Assembly (NCBI RefSeq): GCF_009914755.1
Contig: NC_060925.1
Length of the DNA: 64,000 bases
From: the human T2T-CHM13v2.0 reference genome, Homo sapiens
Reading direction: 5' to 3' (one strand)
Positions 24,999 to 38,940 of the stretch are shown one piece after another. The position numbers and the translations under genes were made by a program. A model generated the notes under the pieces. That model did no database searches, had not been told where the DNA came from, and saw only the letters and a list, made by a program, of their open reading frames with translations. Position 1 is the stretch's first letter. Every line of letters starts with the position of its first letter.

Positions 24999-27900
24999 TT
25001 ACTGAGAATTCTTCTGTCTAGCATAATATGAAGAAATCCCGTTTCCAACGAAGGCCTCAAAGGGGTCTGAATATCCACTTGCAGACTTTATAAACAGAGT
25101 GTTTACTAACTGCTCTATGAAAAGAAAGGTTAAACTCTGTGAGTTGAACACACACATCACAAAGGAGTTTCTGAGAATCATTCTGCCTAGTTTTTCTACG
25201 AAGATATTTCCTTTTCTACTATTGACCTCAAAGCGGCTGAAATCTCCACTTGCAAATTCCACAAAAAGAGTGTTTCAAGTCTGCTCTGTGTAAAGGATCG
25301 TTCAACTCTGTGAGTAGAATACACACAACACAAGGAAGTTACTGAGAATTCTTCTGTCTAGCAGAATATGAAGAAATCCCGTTTCCAACGAAGGCCTCAA
25401 AGATGTCTGAATATCCACTTGCAGACTTTACAAACAGAGTGTTTCCTAACTGCTCTATGAAAAGAAAGGTTAAACTCTGTGAGTTGAACGCACACATCAC
25501 AAAGGAGTTTCTGAGAATCATTCTGTCTAGTTTCTATAGGAAGATATTTCCTATTCTACCATTGACCTCAAAGCGGCAGAAATCTCCACTTGCAAATTCC
25601 ACAAAAAGAGTGTTTCAAGTCTGCTCTGTGTAAAGGATCGTTCAACTCTGTGAGTTGAATACACACAACACAAGGAAGTTACTGAGAATTCTTCTGTCTA
25701 GCAGAATATGAAGAAATCCCGTTTCCAACGAAGGCCTCAAGGAGGTCTGAATATCCACTTGCAGACTTTACAAACAGAGTGTTTCCTAACTGCTCTATGA
25801 ACAGAAAGGTTAAACTCTGTGAGTTGAACGCACACATCACAAAGGAGTTTCTGAGAATCATTCTGTCTAGTTTTTATACGAAGATATTTACTTTTCTACC
25901 ATTGACCTCAAAGCGGCTGAAATCTCCACTTGCAAATTCCACAAAAAGAGTGTTTCAAGTCTGCTCTGTGTAAAGGATCATTCAACTCTGTGAGTTGAAT
26001 AAACACAACACAAGGAAGTTACTGAGAATTCTTCTGTCTAGCAGAATATGAAGAAATCCCGTTTCCAACGAAGGCCTCAAGGAGGTCTGAATATCCACTT
26101 GCAGACTTTACAAACAGAGTGTTTCCTAACTGCTCTATGAACAGAAAGGTTAAACTCTGTGAGTTGAACGCACACATCACAAAGGAGTTTATGAGAATCA
26201 TTCTGTCTAGTTTCTATAAGAAGATATTTCCTATTCTACCATTGACCTCAAAGCGGCTGAAATCTCCACTTGCAAATTCGACAAAAAGAGTGTTTCAAGC
26301 CTGCTCTCTGTAAAGGATCCTTCAACTCTGTGAGTTGAATACACACAACACAAGGAAGTTACTGAGAATTATTCTGTCTAGCATAATATGAAGAAATCCC
26401 GTTTCCAACGAAGGCCTCAAAGAGGTCTGAATATCCACTTGCAGACTTTACAAACAGAGTGTTTCCTAACTGCTCTATGAGAAGAAAAGTTAAACTCTGT
26501 GAGTTGAACGCACACATCACAAAAGATTTTCTGAGAATCATTCTGTCTAGTCTTTATATGAAGATAGTTTCCTTTTCTACCATTGACCTCAAAGCGGCTG
26601 AAATCTCCACTTGCAAATTCCACAAAAAGAGTGTTTCAAGTCTGCTCTGTGTAAAGGATCGTTCAACTCTGTGAGTTGAATACACACAACACAAGGAAGT
26701 TACTGAGAATTCTTCTGTCTAGCAGAATATGAAGAAATCCCGTTTCCAACGAAGGCAACAAGATGTCAGAATATCCACTTACAGACTTTACAAACAGAGT
26801 GTTTCCTAACTGCTCTATGAACAGAAAGGTTAAACTCTGTGAGTTGAACGAACACATCACAACGCAGTTTGTGGGAATGATTCTGTCTAGTTTTGAAAGG
26901 AAGATATTTCCTTTTCTGCCGTTGACCTTAAAGCGCTTGAAATCTACACTTGCAAATTGCACAAATAGGCTGTTTCAAATCTGCTCTGTCTAAGGGAACG
27001 TTCAACTCTGTGAGTTGAATGCACACAACACAAGGAAGTTACTGGGAATTCTTCTGTCTAGCCTTACATGAAAAAAACCCGTTTCCAACGAAGGCCTCTA
27101 AGTGGTCAAAATATCCACGTGCAGACTTTACAAACAGAGTGTTTCCAAACCGCTGAATGAAAAGAAAAGTTAAACTCTGAGAGTTGAACGCACACATCAC
27201 GCAGCAGTTTCTGAGAATGATTCTGTCTAGTTTTTATACGAAGATATTTCCTTTTCTGCCTTTGGCCCCAAAGCGCTTGAAATCTCCACTTGCAAATTCC
27301 ACAAAAACAGTGTTTCAAATCTGCTCTCTCTAAATGAAAGTTCAACTCTGTCAGTTGAATACACACAACACAAGGAAGTTACTGAGAATTCTTCTGTCTA
27401 GCATAATATGAAGAAATCCCGTTTCCAACGAAGGCCTCAAAGGGGTCTGAATATCCACTTGCAGACTTTATAAACAGAGTGTTTACTAACTGCTCTATGA
27501 AAAGAAAGGTTAAAGTCTGTGAGTTGAACACACACATCACAAAGGAGTTTCTGAGAATCATTCTGTCTAGTTTTTCTACGAAGATATTTCCTTTTCTACT
27601 ATTGACCTCAAAGCGGCTGAAATCTCCACTTGCAAATTCCACAAAAAGAGTGTTTCAAGTCTGCTCTGTGTAAAGGATCGTTCAACTCTGTGAGTTGAAT
27701 ACACACAACACAAGGAAGTTACTGAGAATTCTTCAGTCTAGCAGAATATGAAGAAATCCCGTTTCCAACGAAGGCCTCAAGGAGGTCTGAATATCCACTT
27801 GCAGACTTTACAAACAGAGTGTTTCCTAACTGCTCTATGAACAGAAAGGTTAAACTCTGTGAGTTGAACGCACACATCACAAAGGAGTTTCTGAGAATCA

Positions 27901-30900
27901 TTCTGTCTAGTCTTTATACGAAGATATTTACTTTTCTACCATTGACCTCAAAGCGGCTGAAATCTCCACTTGCAAATTCGACAAAAAGAGTGTTTCAAGC
28001 CTGCTCTCTGTAAAGGATCCTTCAACTCTGTGAGTTGAATACACACAACACAAGGAAGTTACTGAGAATTATTCTGTCTAGCATAATATGAAGAAATCCC
28101 GTTTCCAACGAAGGCCTCAAAGAGGTCTGAATATCCACTTGCAGACTTTACAAACAGAGTGTTTCCTAACTGCTCTATGAGAAGAAAAGTTAAACTCTGT
28201 GAGTTGAACGCACACATCACAAAAGATTTTCTGAGAATCATTCTGTCTAGTCTTTATATGAAGATAGTTTCCTTTTCTACCATTGACCTCAAAGCGGCTG
28301 AAATCTCCACTTGCAAATTCCACAAAAAGAGTGTTTCAAGTCTGCTCTGTGTAAAGGATCGTTCAACTCTGTGAGTTGAATACACACAACACAAGGAAGT
28401 TACTGAGAATTCTTCTGTCTAGCAGAATATGAAGAAATCCCGTTTCCAACGAAGGCCACAAGATGTCAGAATATCCACTTACAGACTTTACAAACAGAGT
28501 GTTTCCTAACTGCTCTATGAACAGAAAGGTTAAACTCTGTGAGTTGAACGAACACATCACAACGCAGTTTGTGGGAATGATTCTGTCTAGTTTTGAAACG
28601 AAGATATTTCCTTTTCTGCCGTTGACCTTAAAGCGCTTGAAATCTACACTTGCAAATTGCACAAATAGAGTGTTTCAAATCTGCTCTGTCTAAGGGAACG
28701 TTCAACTCTGTGAGTTGAATGCACACAACACAAGGAAGTTACTGGGAATTCTTCTGTCTAGCCTTACATGAAAAAAACCCGTTTCCAACGAAGGCCTCTA
28801 AGTGGTCAAAATATCCACGTGCAGACTTTACAAACAGAGTGTTTCCAAACCGCTGAATGAAAAGAAAAGTTAAACTCTGAGAGTTGAACGCACACATCAC
28901 GCAGCAGATTCTGAGAATGATTCTGTCTAGTTTTTATACGAAGATATTTCCTTTTCTGCCTTTGGCCCCAAAGCGCTTGAAATCTCCACTTGCAAATTCC
29001 ACAAAAACAGTGTTTCAAATCTGCTCTCTCTAAATGAAAGTTCAACTCTGTCAGTTGAATACACACAACACAAGGAAGTTACTGAGAATTCTTCTGTCTA
29101 GCATAATATGAAGAAATCCCGTTTCCAACGAAGGCCTCAAAGGGGTCTGAATATCCACTTGCAGACTTTATAAACAGAGTGTTTACTAACTGCTCTATGA
29201 AAAGAAAGGTTAAACTCTGTGAGTTGAACACACACATCACAAAGGAGTTTCTGAGAATCATTCTGCCTAGTTTTTCTACGAAGATATTTCCTTTTCTACT
29301 ATTGACCTCAAAGCGGCTGAAATCTCCACTTGCAAATTCCACAAAAAGAGTGTTTCAAGTCTGCTCTGTGTAAAGGATCGTTCAACTCTGTGAGTAGAAT
29401 ACACACAACACAAGGAAGTTACTGAGAATTCTTCTGTCTAGCAGAATATGAAGAAATCCCGTTTCCAACGAAGGCCTCAAAGAGGTCTGAATATCCACTT
29501 GCAGACTTTACAAACAGAGTGTTTCCTAACTGCTCTATGAAAAGAAAGGTTAAACTCTGTGAGTTGAACGCACACATCACAAAGGAGTTTCTGAGAATCA
29601 TTCTGTCTAGTTTCTATAGGAAGATATTTCCGATTCTACCATTGACCTCAAAGCGGCTGAAATCTCCACTTGCAAATTCCACAAAAAGAGTGTTTCAAGT
29701 CTGCTCTGTGTAAAGGATCGTTCAACTCTGTGAGTTGAATACACACAACACAAGGAAGTTACTGAGAATTCTTCTGTCTAGCAGAATATGAAGAAATCCC
29801 GTTTCCAACGAAGGCCTCAAGGAGGTCTGAATATCCACTTGCAGACTTTACAAACAGAGTGTTTCCTAACTGCTCTATGAACAGAAAGGTTAAACTCTGT
29901 GAGTTGAACGCACACATCACAAAGGAGTTTCTGAGAATCATTCTGTCTAGTTTTTATAAGAAGATATTTACTTTTCTACCATTGACCTCAAAGCGGCTGA
30001 AATCTCCACTTGCAAATTCCACAAAAAGAGTGTTTCAAGTCTGCTCTGTGTAAAGGATCATTCAACTCTGTGAGTTGAATAAACACAACACAAGGAAGTT
30101 ACTGAGAATTCTTCTGTCTAGCAGAATATGAAGAAATCCCGTTTCCAACGAAGGCCTCAAGGAGGTCTGAATATCCACTTGCAGACTTTACAAACAGAGT
30201 GTTTCCTAACTGCTCTATGAAAAGAAAGGTTAAACTCTGTGAGTTGAACGCACACATCACAAAGGAGTTTATGAGAATCATTCTGTCTAGTTTCTATAAG
30301 AAGATATTTCCTATTCTACCATTGACCTCAAAGCGGCTAAAATCTCCACTTGCAAATTCGACAAAAAGAGTGTTTCAAGCCTGCTCTCTGTAAAGGATCC
30401 TTCAACTCTGTGAGTTGAATACACACAACACAAGGAAGTTACTGAGAATTATTCTGTCTAGCATAATATGAAGAAATCCCGTTTCCAACGAAGGCCTCAA
30501 AGAGGTCTGAATATCCACTTGCAGACTTTACAAACAGAGTGTTTCCTAACTGCTCTATGAGAAGAAAAGTTAAACTCTGTGAGTTGAACGCACACATCAC
30601 AAAAGATTTTCTGAGAATCATTCTGTCTAGTCTTTATATGAAGATAGTTTCCTTTTCTACCATTGACCTCAAAGCGGCTGAAATCTCCACTTGCAAATTC
30701 CACAAAAAGAGTGTTTCAAGTCTGCTCTGTGTAAAGGATCGTTCAACTCTGTGAGTTGAATACACACAACACAAGGAAGTTACTGAGAATTCTTCTGTCT
30801 AGCAGAATATGAAGAAATCCCGTTTCCAACGAAGGCCACAAGATGTCAGAATATCCACTTACAGACTTTACAAACAGAGTGTTTCGTAACTGCTCTATGA

Positions 30901-33160
30901 ACAGAAAGGTTAAACTCTGTGAGTTGAACGAACACATCACAACGCAGTTTGTGGGAATGATTCTGTCTAGTTTTGAAACGAAGATATTTCCTTTTCTGCC
31001 GTTGACCTTAAAGCGCTTGAAATCTACACTTGCAAATTGCACAAATAGAGTGTTTCAAATCTGCTCTGTCTAAGGGAACGTTCAACTCTGTGAGTTGAAT
31101 GCACACAACACAAGGAAGTTACTGGGAATTCTTCTGCCTAGCCTTACATGAAAAAAACCCGTTTCCAACGAAGGCCTCTAAGTGGTCAAAATATCCACGT
31201 GCAGACTTTACAAACAGAGTGTTTCAGAACCGCTGAATGAAAAGAAAAGTTAAACTCTGAGAGTTGAACGCACACATCACGCAGCAGTTTCTGAGAATGA
31301 TTCTGTCTAGTTTTTATACGAAGATATTTCCTTTTCTGCCTTTGGCCCCAAAGCGCTTGAAATCTCCACTTGCAAATTCCACAAAAACAGTGTTTCAAAT
31401 CTGCTCTCTCTAAATGAAAGTTCAACTCTGTCAGTTGAATACACACAACACAAGGAAGTTACTGAGAATTCTTCTGTCTAGCATAATATGAAGAAATCCC
31501 GTTTCCAACGAAGGCCTCCAAGGGGTCTGAATATCCACTTGCAGACTTTATAAACAGAGTGTTTACTAACTGCTCTATGAAAAGAAAGGTTAAACTCTGT
31601 GAGTTGAACACACACATCACAAAGGAGTTTCTGAGAATCATTCTGTCTAGTTTTTCTACGAAGATATTTCCTTTTCTACTATTGACCTGAAAGCGGCTGA
31701 AATCTCCACTTGCAAATTCCACAAAAAGAGTGTTTCAAGTCTGCTCTGTGTAAAGGATCGTTCAACTCTGTGAGTTGAATACACACAACACAAGGAAGTT
31801 ACTGAGAATTCTTCTGTCTAGCAGAATAGGAAGAAATCCCGTTTCCAACGAAGGCCTCAAAGAGGTCTGAATATCCACTTGCAGACTTTACAAACAGAGT
31901 GTTTCCTAACTGCTCTATGAAAAGAAAAGTTAAACTCCGTGAGTTGAACGCACACATCACAAAGGAGTTTCTGAGAATCGTTCTGTCTAGTTTCTATAGG
32001 AAGATATTTCCTATTCTACCATTGACCTCAAAGCGGCTGAAATCTCCAGTTGCAAATTCCACAAAAAGAATGTTTCAAGTCTGCTCTGTGTAAAGGATCG
32101 TTCAACTCTGTGAGTTGAATACACACAACACAAGGAAGTTACTGAGAATTATTCTGTCTAGCAGAATAGGAAGAAATCCCGTTTCCAACGAAGGCCTCAA
32201 AGAGGTCTGAATATCCACTTGCAGACTTTACAAACAGAGTGTTTCCTAACTGCTCTATGAGAAGAAAAGTTAAACTCTGTGAGTTGAACGCACACATCAC
32301 AAAAGATTTTCTGAGAATCATTCTGTCTAGTCTTTATATGAAGATAGTTTCCTTTTCTACCATTGACCTCAAAGCGGCTGAAATCTCCACTTGCAAATTC
32401 CACCAAAAAGAGTGTTTCAAGTCTGCTCTGTGTAAAGGATCGTTCAACTCTGTGAGTTGAATACACACAACACAAGGAAGTTACTGAGAATTCTTCTGTC
32501 TAGCAGAATACGAAGAAATCCCGTTTCCAACGAAGGCCTCTAGGAGGTCTGAATATCCACTTGCAGACTTTACAAACAGAGTGTTTCCTAACTGCTCTAT
32601 GAACAGAAACGTTAAACTCTGTGAGTTGAACGAACACATCACAACGCAGTTTGTGGGAATGATTCTGTCTAGTTTTGAAACGAAGATATTTCCTTTTCTG
32701 CCGTTGACCTTAAAACGCTTGAAATCTACACTTGCAAATTGCACAAATAGAGTGTTTCAAATCTGCTCTGTCTAAGGGAACGTTCAACTCTGTGAGTTGA
32801 ATGCACACAACACAAGGAAGTTACTGGGAATTCTTCTGCCTAGCCTTACATGAAAAAAACCCGTTTCCAACGAAGGCCTCTAAGTGGTCAAAATATCCAC
32901 GTGCAGACTTTACCAACAGAGTGTTTCAGAACCGCTGAATGAAAAGAAAAGTTAAACTCTGAGAGTTGAACGCACACATCACGCAGCAGTTTCTGAGAAT
33001 GATTCTGTCTAGTTTTTATACGAAGATATTTCCTTTTCTGCCTTTGGCCCCAAAGCGCTTGAAATCTCCACTTGCAAATTCCACAAAAACAGTGTTTCAA
33101 ATCTGCTCTCTCTAAATGAAAGTTCAACTCTGTCAGTTGAATACACACAACACAAGGAAG
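24999..33160 (-). repeat. Alternating 14-mer / 10-mer / 14-mer / 10-mer structural variants
   Basis: H markers at 24726, 27106, 28806, 31186 and 32888 give spacings of 2380, 1700, 2380 and 1702 bp. Confidence 0.85.
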
Positions 33161-35880
33161 TTACTGAGAATTCTTCTGTCTAGCATAATATGAAGAAATC
33201 CCGTTTCCAACGAAGGCCTCCAAGGGGTCTGAATATCCACTTGCAGACTTTATAAACAGAGTGTTTACTAACTGCTCTATGAAAAGAAAGGTTAAACTCT
33301 GTGAGTTGAACACACACATCACAAAGGAGTTTCTGAGAATCATTCTGTCTAGTTTTTCTACGAAGATATTTCCTTTTCTACTATTGACCTGAAAGCGGCT
33401 GAAATCTCCACTTGCAAATTCCACAAAAAGAGTGTTTCAAGTCTGCTCTGTGTAAAGGATCGTTCAACTCTGTGAGTTGAATACACACAACACAAGGAAG
33501 TTACTGAGAATTCTTCTGTCTAGCAGAATAGGAAGAAATCCCGTTTCCAACGAAGGCCTCAAAGAGGTCTGAATATCCACTTGCAGACTTTACAAACAGA
33601 GTGTTTCCTAACTGCTCTATGAAAAGAAAAGTTAAACTCTGTGAGTTGAACGCACACATCACAAAGGAGTTTCTGAGAATCGTTCTGTCTAGTTTCTATA
33701 GGAAGATATTTCCTATTCTACCATTGACCTCAAAGCGGCTGAAATCTCCAGTTGCAAATTCCACAAAAAGAATGTTTCAAGTCTGCTCTGTGTAAAGGAT
33801 CGTTCAACTCTGTGAGTTGAATACACACAACACAAGGAAGTTACTGAGAATTATTCTGTCTAGCATAATATGAAGAAATCCCGTTTCCAACGAAGGCCTC
33901 AAAGAGGTCTGAATATCCACTTGCAGACTTTACAAACAGAGTGTTTCCTAACTGCTCTATGAAAAGAAAAGTTAAACTCTGTGAGTTGAACGCACACATC
34001 ACAAAGGAGTTTATGAGAATCATTCTGTCTAGTCTTTATACGAAGATATTTCCTTTTCTACCATTGACCTCAAAGCGGCTGAAATCTCCACTTGCAAATT
34101 CCACAAAAAGAGTGTTTCAAGTCTGCTCTGTGTAAAGGATCGTTCAACTCTGTGAGTTGAATACACACAACACAAGGAAGTTACTGAGAATTCTTCTGTC
34201 TAGCAGAATATGAAGAAATCCCGTTTCCAACGAAGGCCTCAAGGAGGTCTGAATATCCACTTGCAGACTTTACAAACAGAGTGTTTCCTAACTGCTCTAT
34301 GAACAGAAAGGTTAAACTCTGTGAGTTGAACGCACACATCACAAAGGAGTTTCTGAGAATCATTCTGTCTAGTCTTTATACGAAGATATTTACTTTTCTA
34401 CCATTGACCTCAAAGCGGCTGAAATCTCCACTTGCAAATTCCACAAAAAGAGTGTTTCAAGTCTGCTCTGTGTAAAGGATCATTCAACTCTGTGAGTTGA
34501 ATAAACACAACACAAGGAAGTTACTGAGAATTCTTCTGTCTAGCAGAATATGAAGAAATCCCGTTTCCAACGAAGGCCTCAAGGAGGTCTGAATATCCAC
34601 TTGCAGACTTTACAAACAGAGTGTTTCCTAACTGCTCTATGAAAAGAAAGGTTAAACTCTGTGAGTTGAACGCACACATCACAAAGGAGTTTATGAGAAT
34701 CATTCTGTCTAGTTTCTATAAGAAGATATTTCCTATTCTACCATTGACCTCAAAGCGGCTGAAATCTCCACTTGCAAATTCGACAAAAAGAGTGTTTCAA
34801 GCCTGCTCTCTGTAAAGGATCCTTCAACTCTGTGAGTTGAATACACACAACACAAGGAAGTTACTGAGAATTATTCTGTCTAGCAAAATATGAAGAAATC
34901 CCGTTTCCAACGAAGGCCTCAAAGAGGTCTGAATATCCACTTGCAGACTTTACAAACAGAGTGTTTCCTAACTGCTCTATGAGAAGAAAAGTTAAACTCT
35001 GTGAGTTGAACGCACACATCACAAAAGATTTTCTGAGAATCATTCTGTCTAGTCTTTATATGAAGATAGTTTCCTTTTCTACCATTGACCTCAAAGCGGC
35101 TGAAATCTCCACTCGCAAATTCCACAAAAAGAGTGTTTCAAGTCTGCTCTGTGTAAAGGATCGTTCAACTCTGTGAGTTGAATACACACAACACAAGGAA
35201 GTTACTGAGAATTCTTCTGTCTAGCAGAATATGAAGAAATCCCGTTTCCAACGAAGGCCACAAGATGTCAGAATATCCACTTACAGACTTTACAAACAGA
35301 GTGTTTCCTAACTGCTCTATGAACAGAAAGGTTAAACTCTGTGAGTTGAACGAACACATCACAACGCAGTTTGTGGGAATGATTCTGTCTAGTTTTGAAA
35401 CGAAGATATTTCCTTTTCTGCCGTTGACCTTAAAGCGCTTGAAATCTACACTTGCAAATTGCACAAATAGAGTGTTTCAAATCTGCTCTGTCTAAGGGAA
35501 CGTTCAACTCTGTGAGTTGAATGCACACAACACAAGGAAGTTACTGGGAATTCTTCTGTCTAGCCTTACATGAAAAAAACCCGTTTCCAACGAAGGCCTC
35601 TAAGTGGTCAAAATATCCACGTGCAGACTTTACAAACAGAGTGTTTCCAAACCGCTGAATGAAAAGAAAAGTTAAACTCTGAGAGTTGAACGCACACATC
35701 ACGCAGCAGATTCTGAGAATGATTCTGTCTAGTTTTTATACGAAGATATTTCCTTTTCTGCCTTTGGCCCCAAAGCGCTTGAAAACTCCACTTGCAAATT
35801 CCACAAAAACAGTGTTTCAAATCTGCTCTCTCTAAATGAAAGTTCAACTCTGTCAGTTGAATACACACAACACAAGGAAG
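33161..35880 (-). repeat. Complete 16-mer unit A-B-C-D-E-F-G-H (2720 bp)
   Basis: The H spacing 32888 to 35608 is 2720 bp and all subtypes occur in order. Confidence 0.88.
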
Positions 35881-38800
35881 TTACTGAGAATTCTTCTGTC
35901 TAGCATAATATGAAGAAATCCCGTTTCCAACGAAGGCCTCAAAGGGGTCTGAATATCCACTTGCAGACTTTATAAACAGAGTGTTTACTAACTGCTCTAT
36001 GAAAAGAAAGGTTAAACTCTGTGAGTTGAACACACACATCACAAAGGAGTTTCTGAGAATCATTCTGTCTAGTTTTTCTACGAAGATATTTCCTTTTCTA
36101 CTATTGACCTCAAAGCGGCTGAAATCTCCACTTGCAAATTCCACAAAAAGAGTGTTTCAAGTCTGCTCTGTGTAAAGGATCGTTCAACTCTGTGAGTAGA
36201 ATACACACAACACAAGGAAGTTACTGAGAATTCTTCTGTCTAGCAGAATAGGAAGAAATCCCGTTTCCAACGAAGGCCTCAAAGAGGTCTGAATATCCAC
36301 TTGCAGACTTTACAAACAGAGTGTTTCCTAACTGCTCTATGAAAAGAAAGGTTAAACTCTGTGAGTTGAACGCACACATCATAAAGGAGTTTATGAGAAT
36401 CATTCTGTCTAGTTTCTATAAGAAGATATTTCCTATTCTACCATTGACCTCAAAGCGGCTGAAATCTCCACTTGCAAATTCGACAAAAAGAGTGTTTCAA
36501 GCCTGCTCTCTGTAAAGGATCCTTCAACTCTGTGAGTTGAATACACACAACACAAGGAAGTTACTGAGAATTATTCTGTCTAGCATAATATGAAGAAATC
36601 CCGTTTCCAACGAAGGCCTCAAAGAGGTCTGAATATCCACTTGCAGACTTTACAAACAGAGTGTTTCCTAACTGCTCTATGAGAAGAAAAGTTAAACTCT
36701 GTGAGTTGAACGCACACATCACAAAAGATTTTCTGAGAATCATTCTGTCTAGTCTTTATATGAAGATAGTTTCCTTTTCTACCATTGACCTCAAAGCGGC
36801 TGAAATCTCCACTTGCAAATTCCACAAAAAGAGTGTTTCAAGTCTGCTCTGTGTAAAGGATCGTTCAACTCTGTGAGTTGAATACACACAACACAAGGAA
36901 GTTACTGAGAATTCTTCTGTCTAGCAGAATAGGAAGAAATCCCGTTTCCAACGAAGGCCACAAGATGTCAGAATATCCACTTACAGACTTTACAAACAGA
37001 GTGTTTCCTAACTGCTCTATGAACAGAAAGGTTAAACTCTGTGAGTTGAACGAACACATCACAACGCAGTTTGTGGGAATGATTCTGTCTAGTTTTGAAA
37101 CGAAGATATTTCCTTTTCTGCCGTTGACCTTAAAGCGCTTGAAATCTACACTTGCAAATTGCACAAATAGAGTGTTCCAAATCTGCTCTGTCTAAGGGAA
37201 CGTTCAACTCTGTGAGTTGAATGCACACAACACAAGGAAGTTACTGGGAATTCTTCTGTCTAGCCTTAAATGAAAAAAACCCGTTTCCAACGAAGGCCTC
37301 TAAGTGGTCAAAATTTCCACGTGCAGACTTTACAAACAGAGTGTTTCCAAACCGCTGAATGAAAAGAAAAGTTAAACTCTGAGAGTTGAACGCACACATC
37401 ACGCAGCAGTTTCTGAGAATGATTCTGTCTAGTTTTTATACGAAGATATTTCCTTTTCTGCCTTTGGCCCCAAAGCGCTTGAAATCTCCACTTGCAAATT
37501 CCACAAAAACAGTGTTTCAAATCTGCTCTCTCTAAATGAAAGTTCAACTCTGTCAGTTGAATACACACAACACAAGGAAGTTACTGAGAATTCTTCTGTC
37601 TAGCATAATATGAAGAAATCCCGTTTCCAACGAAGGCCTCAAAGGTGTCTGAATATCCACTTGCAGACTTTATAAACAGAGTGTTTACTAACTGCTCTAT
37701 GAAAAGAAACGTTAAACTCTGTGAGTTGAACACACACATCACAAAGGAGTTTCTGAGAATCATTCTGTCTAGTTTTTCTACGAAGATATTTCCTTTTCTA
37801 CTATTGACCTCAAAGCGGCTGAAATCTCCACTTGCAAATTCCACAAAAAGAGTGTTTCAAGTCTGCTCTGTGTAAAGGATCGTTCAACTCTGTGAGTTGA
37901 ATACACACAACACAAGAAAGTTACTGAGAATTATTCTGTCTAGCATAATATGAAGAAATCCCGTTTCCAACGAAGACCTCAAAGAGGTCTGAATATCCAC
38001 TTGCAGACTTTACAAACAGAGTGTTTCCTAACTGCTCTATGAGAAGAAAAGTTAAACTCTGTGAGTTGAACGCACACATCACAAAAGATTTTCTGAGAAT
38101 CATTCTGTCTAGTCTTTATATGAAGATAGTTTCCTTTTCTACCATTGACCTCAAAGCGGCTGAAATCTCCACTTGCAAATTCCACAAAAAGAGTGTTTCA
38201 AGTCTGCTCTGTGTAAAGGATCGTTCAACTCTGTGAGTTGAATACACACAACACAAGGAAGTTACTGAGAATTCTTCTGTCTAGCAGAATATGAAGAAAT
38301 CCCGTTTCCAACGAAGGCCACAAGATGTCAGAATATCCACTTACAGACTTTACAAACAGAGTGTTTCCTAACTGCTCTATGAACAGAAAGGTTAAACTCT
38401 GTGAGTTGAACGAACACATCACAACGCAGTTTGTGGGAATGATTCTGTCTAGTTTTGAAACGAAGATATTTCCTTTTCTGCCGTTGACCTTAAAGCGCTT
38501 GAAATCTACACTTGCAAATTGCACAAATAGAGTGTTTCAAATCTGCTCTGTCTAAGGGAACGTTCAACTCTGTGAGTTGAATGCACACAACACAAGGAAG
38601 TTACTGGGAATTCTTCTGTCTAGCCTTACATGAAAAAAACCCGTTTCCAACGAAGGCCTCTAAGTGGTCAAAATATCCACGTGCAGACTTTACAAACAGA
38701 GTGTTTCCAAACCGCTGAATGAAAAGAAAAGTTAAACTCTGAGAGTTGAACGCACACATCACGCAGCAGATTCTGAGAATGATTCTGTCTAGTTTTTATA

Positions 38801-38940
38801 CGAAGATATTTCCTTTTCTGCCTTTGGCCCCAAATCGCTTGAAATCTCCACTTGCAAATTCCACAAAAACAGTGTTTCAAATCTGCTCTCTCTAAATGAA
38901 AGTTCAACTCTGTCAGTTGAATACACACAACACAAGGAAG
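35881..38940 (-). repeat. Short variants: 10-mer (A-E-F-G-H) followed by 8-mer (A-F-G-H)
   Basis: H spacings 35608 to 37308 (1700 bp) and 37308 to 38668 (1360 bp). Confidence 0.85.
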
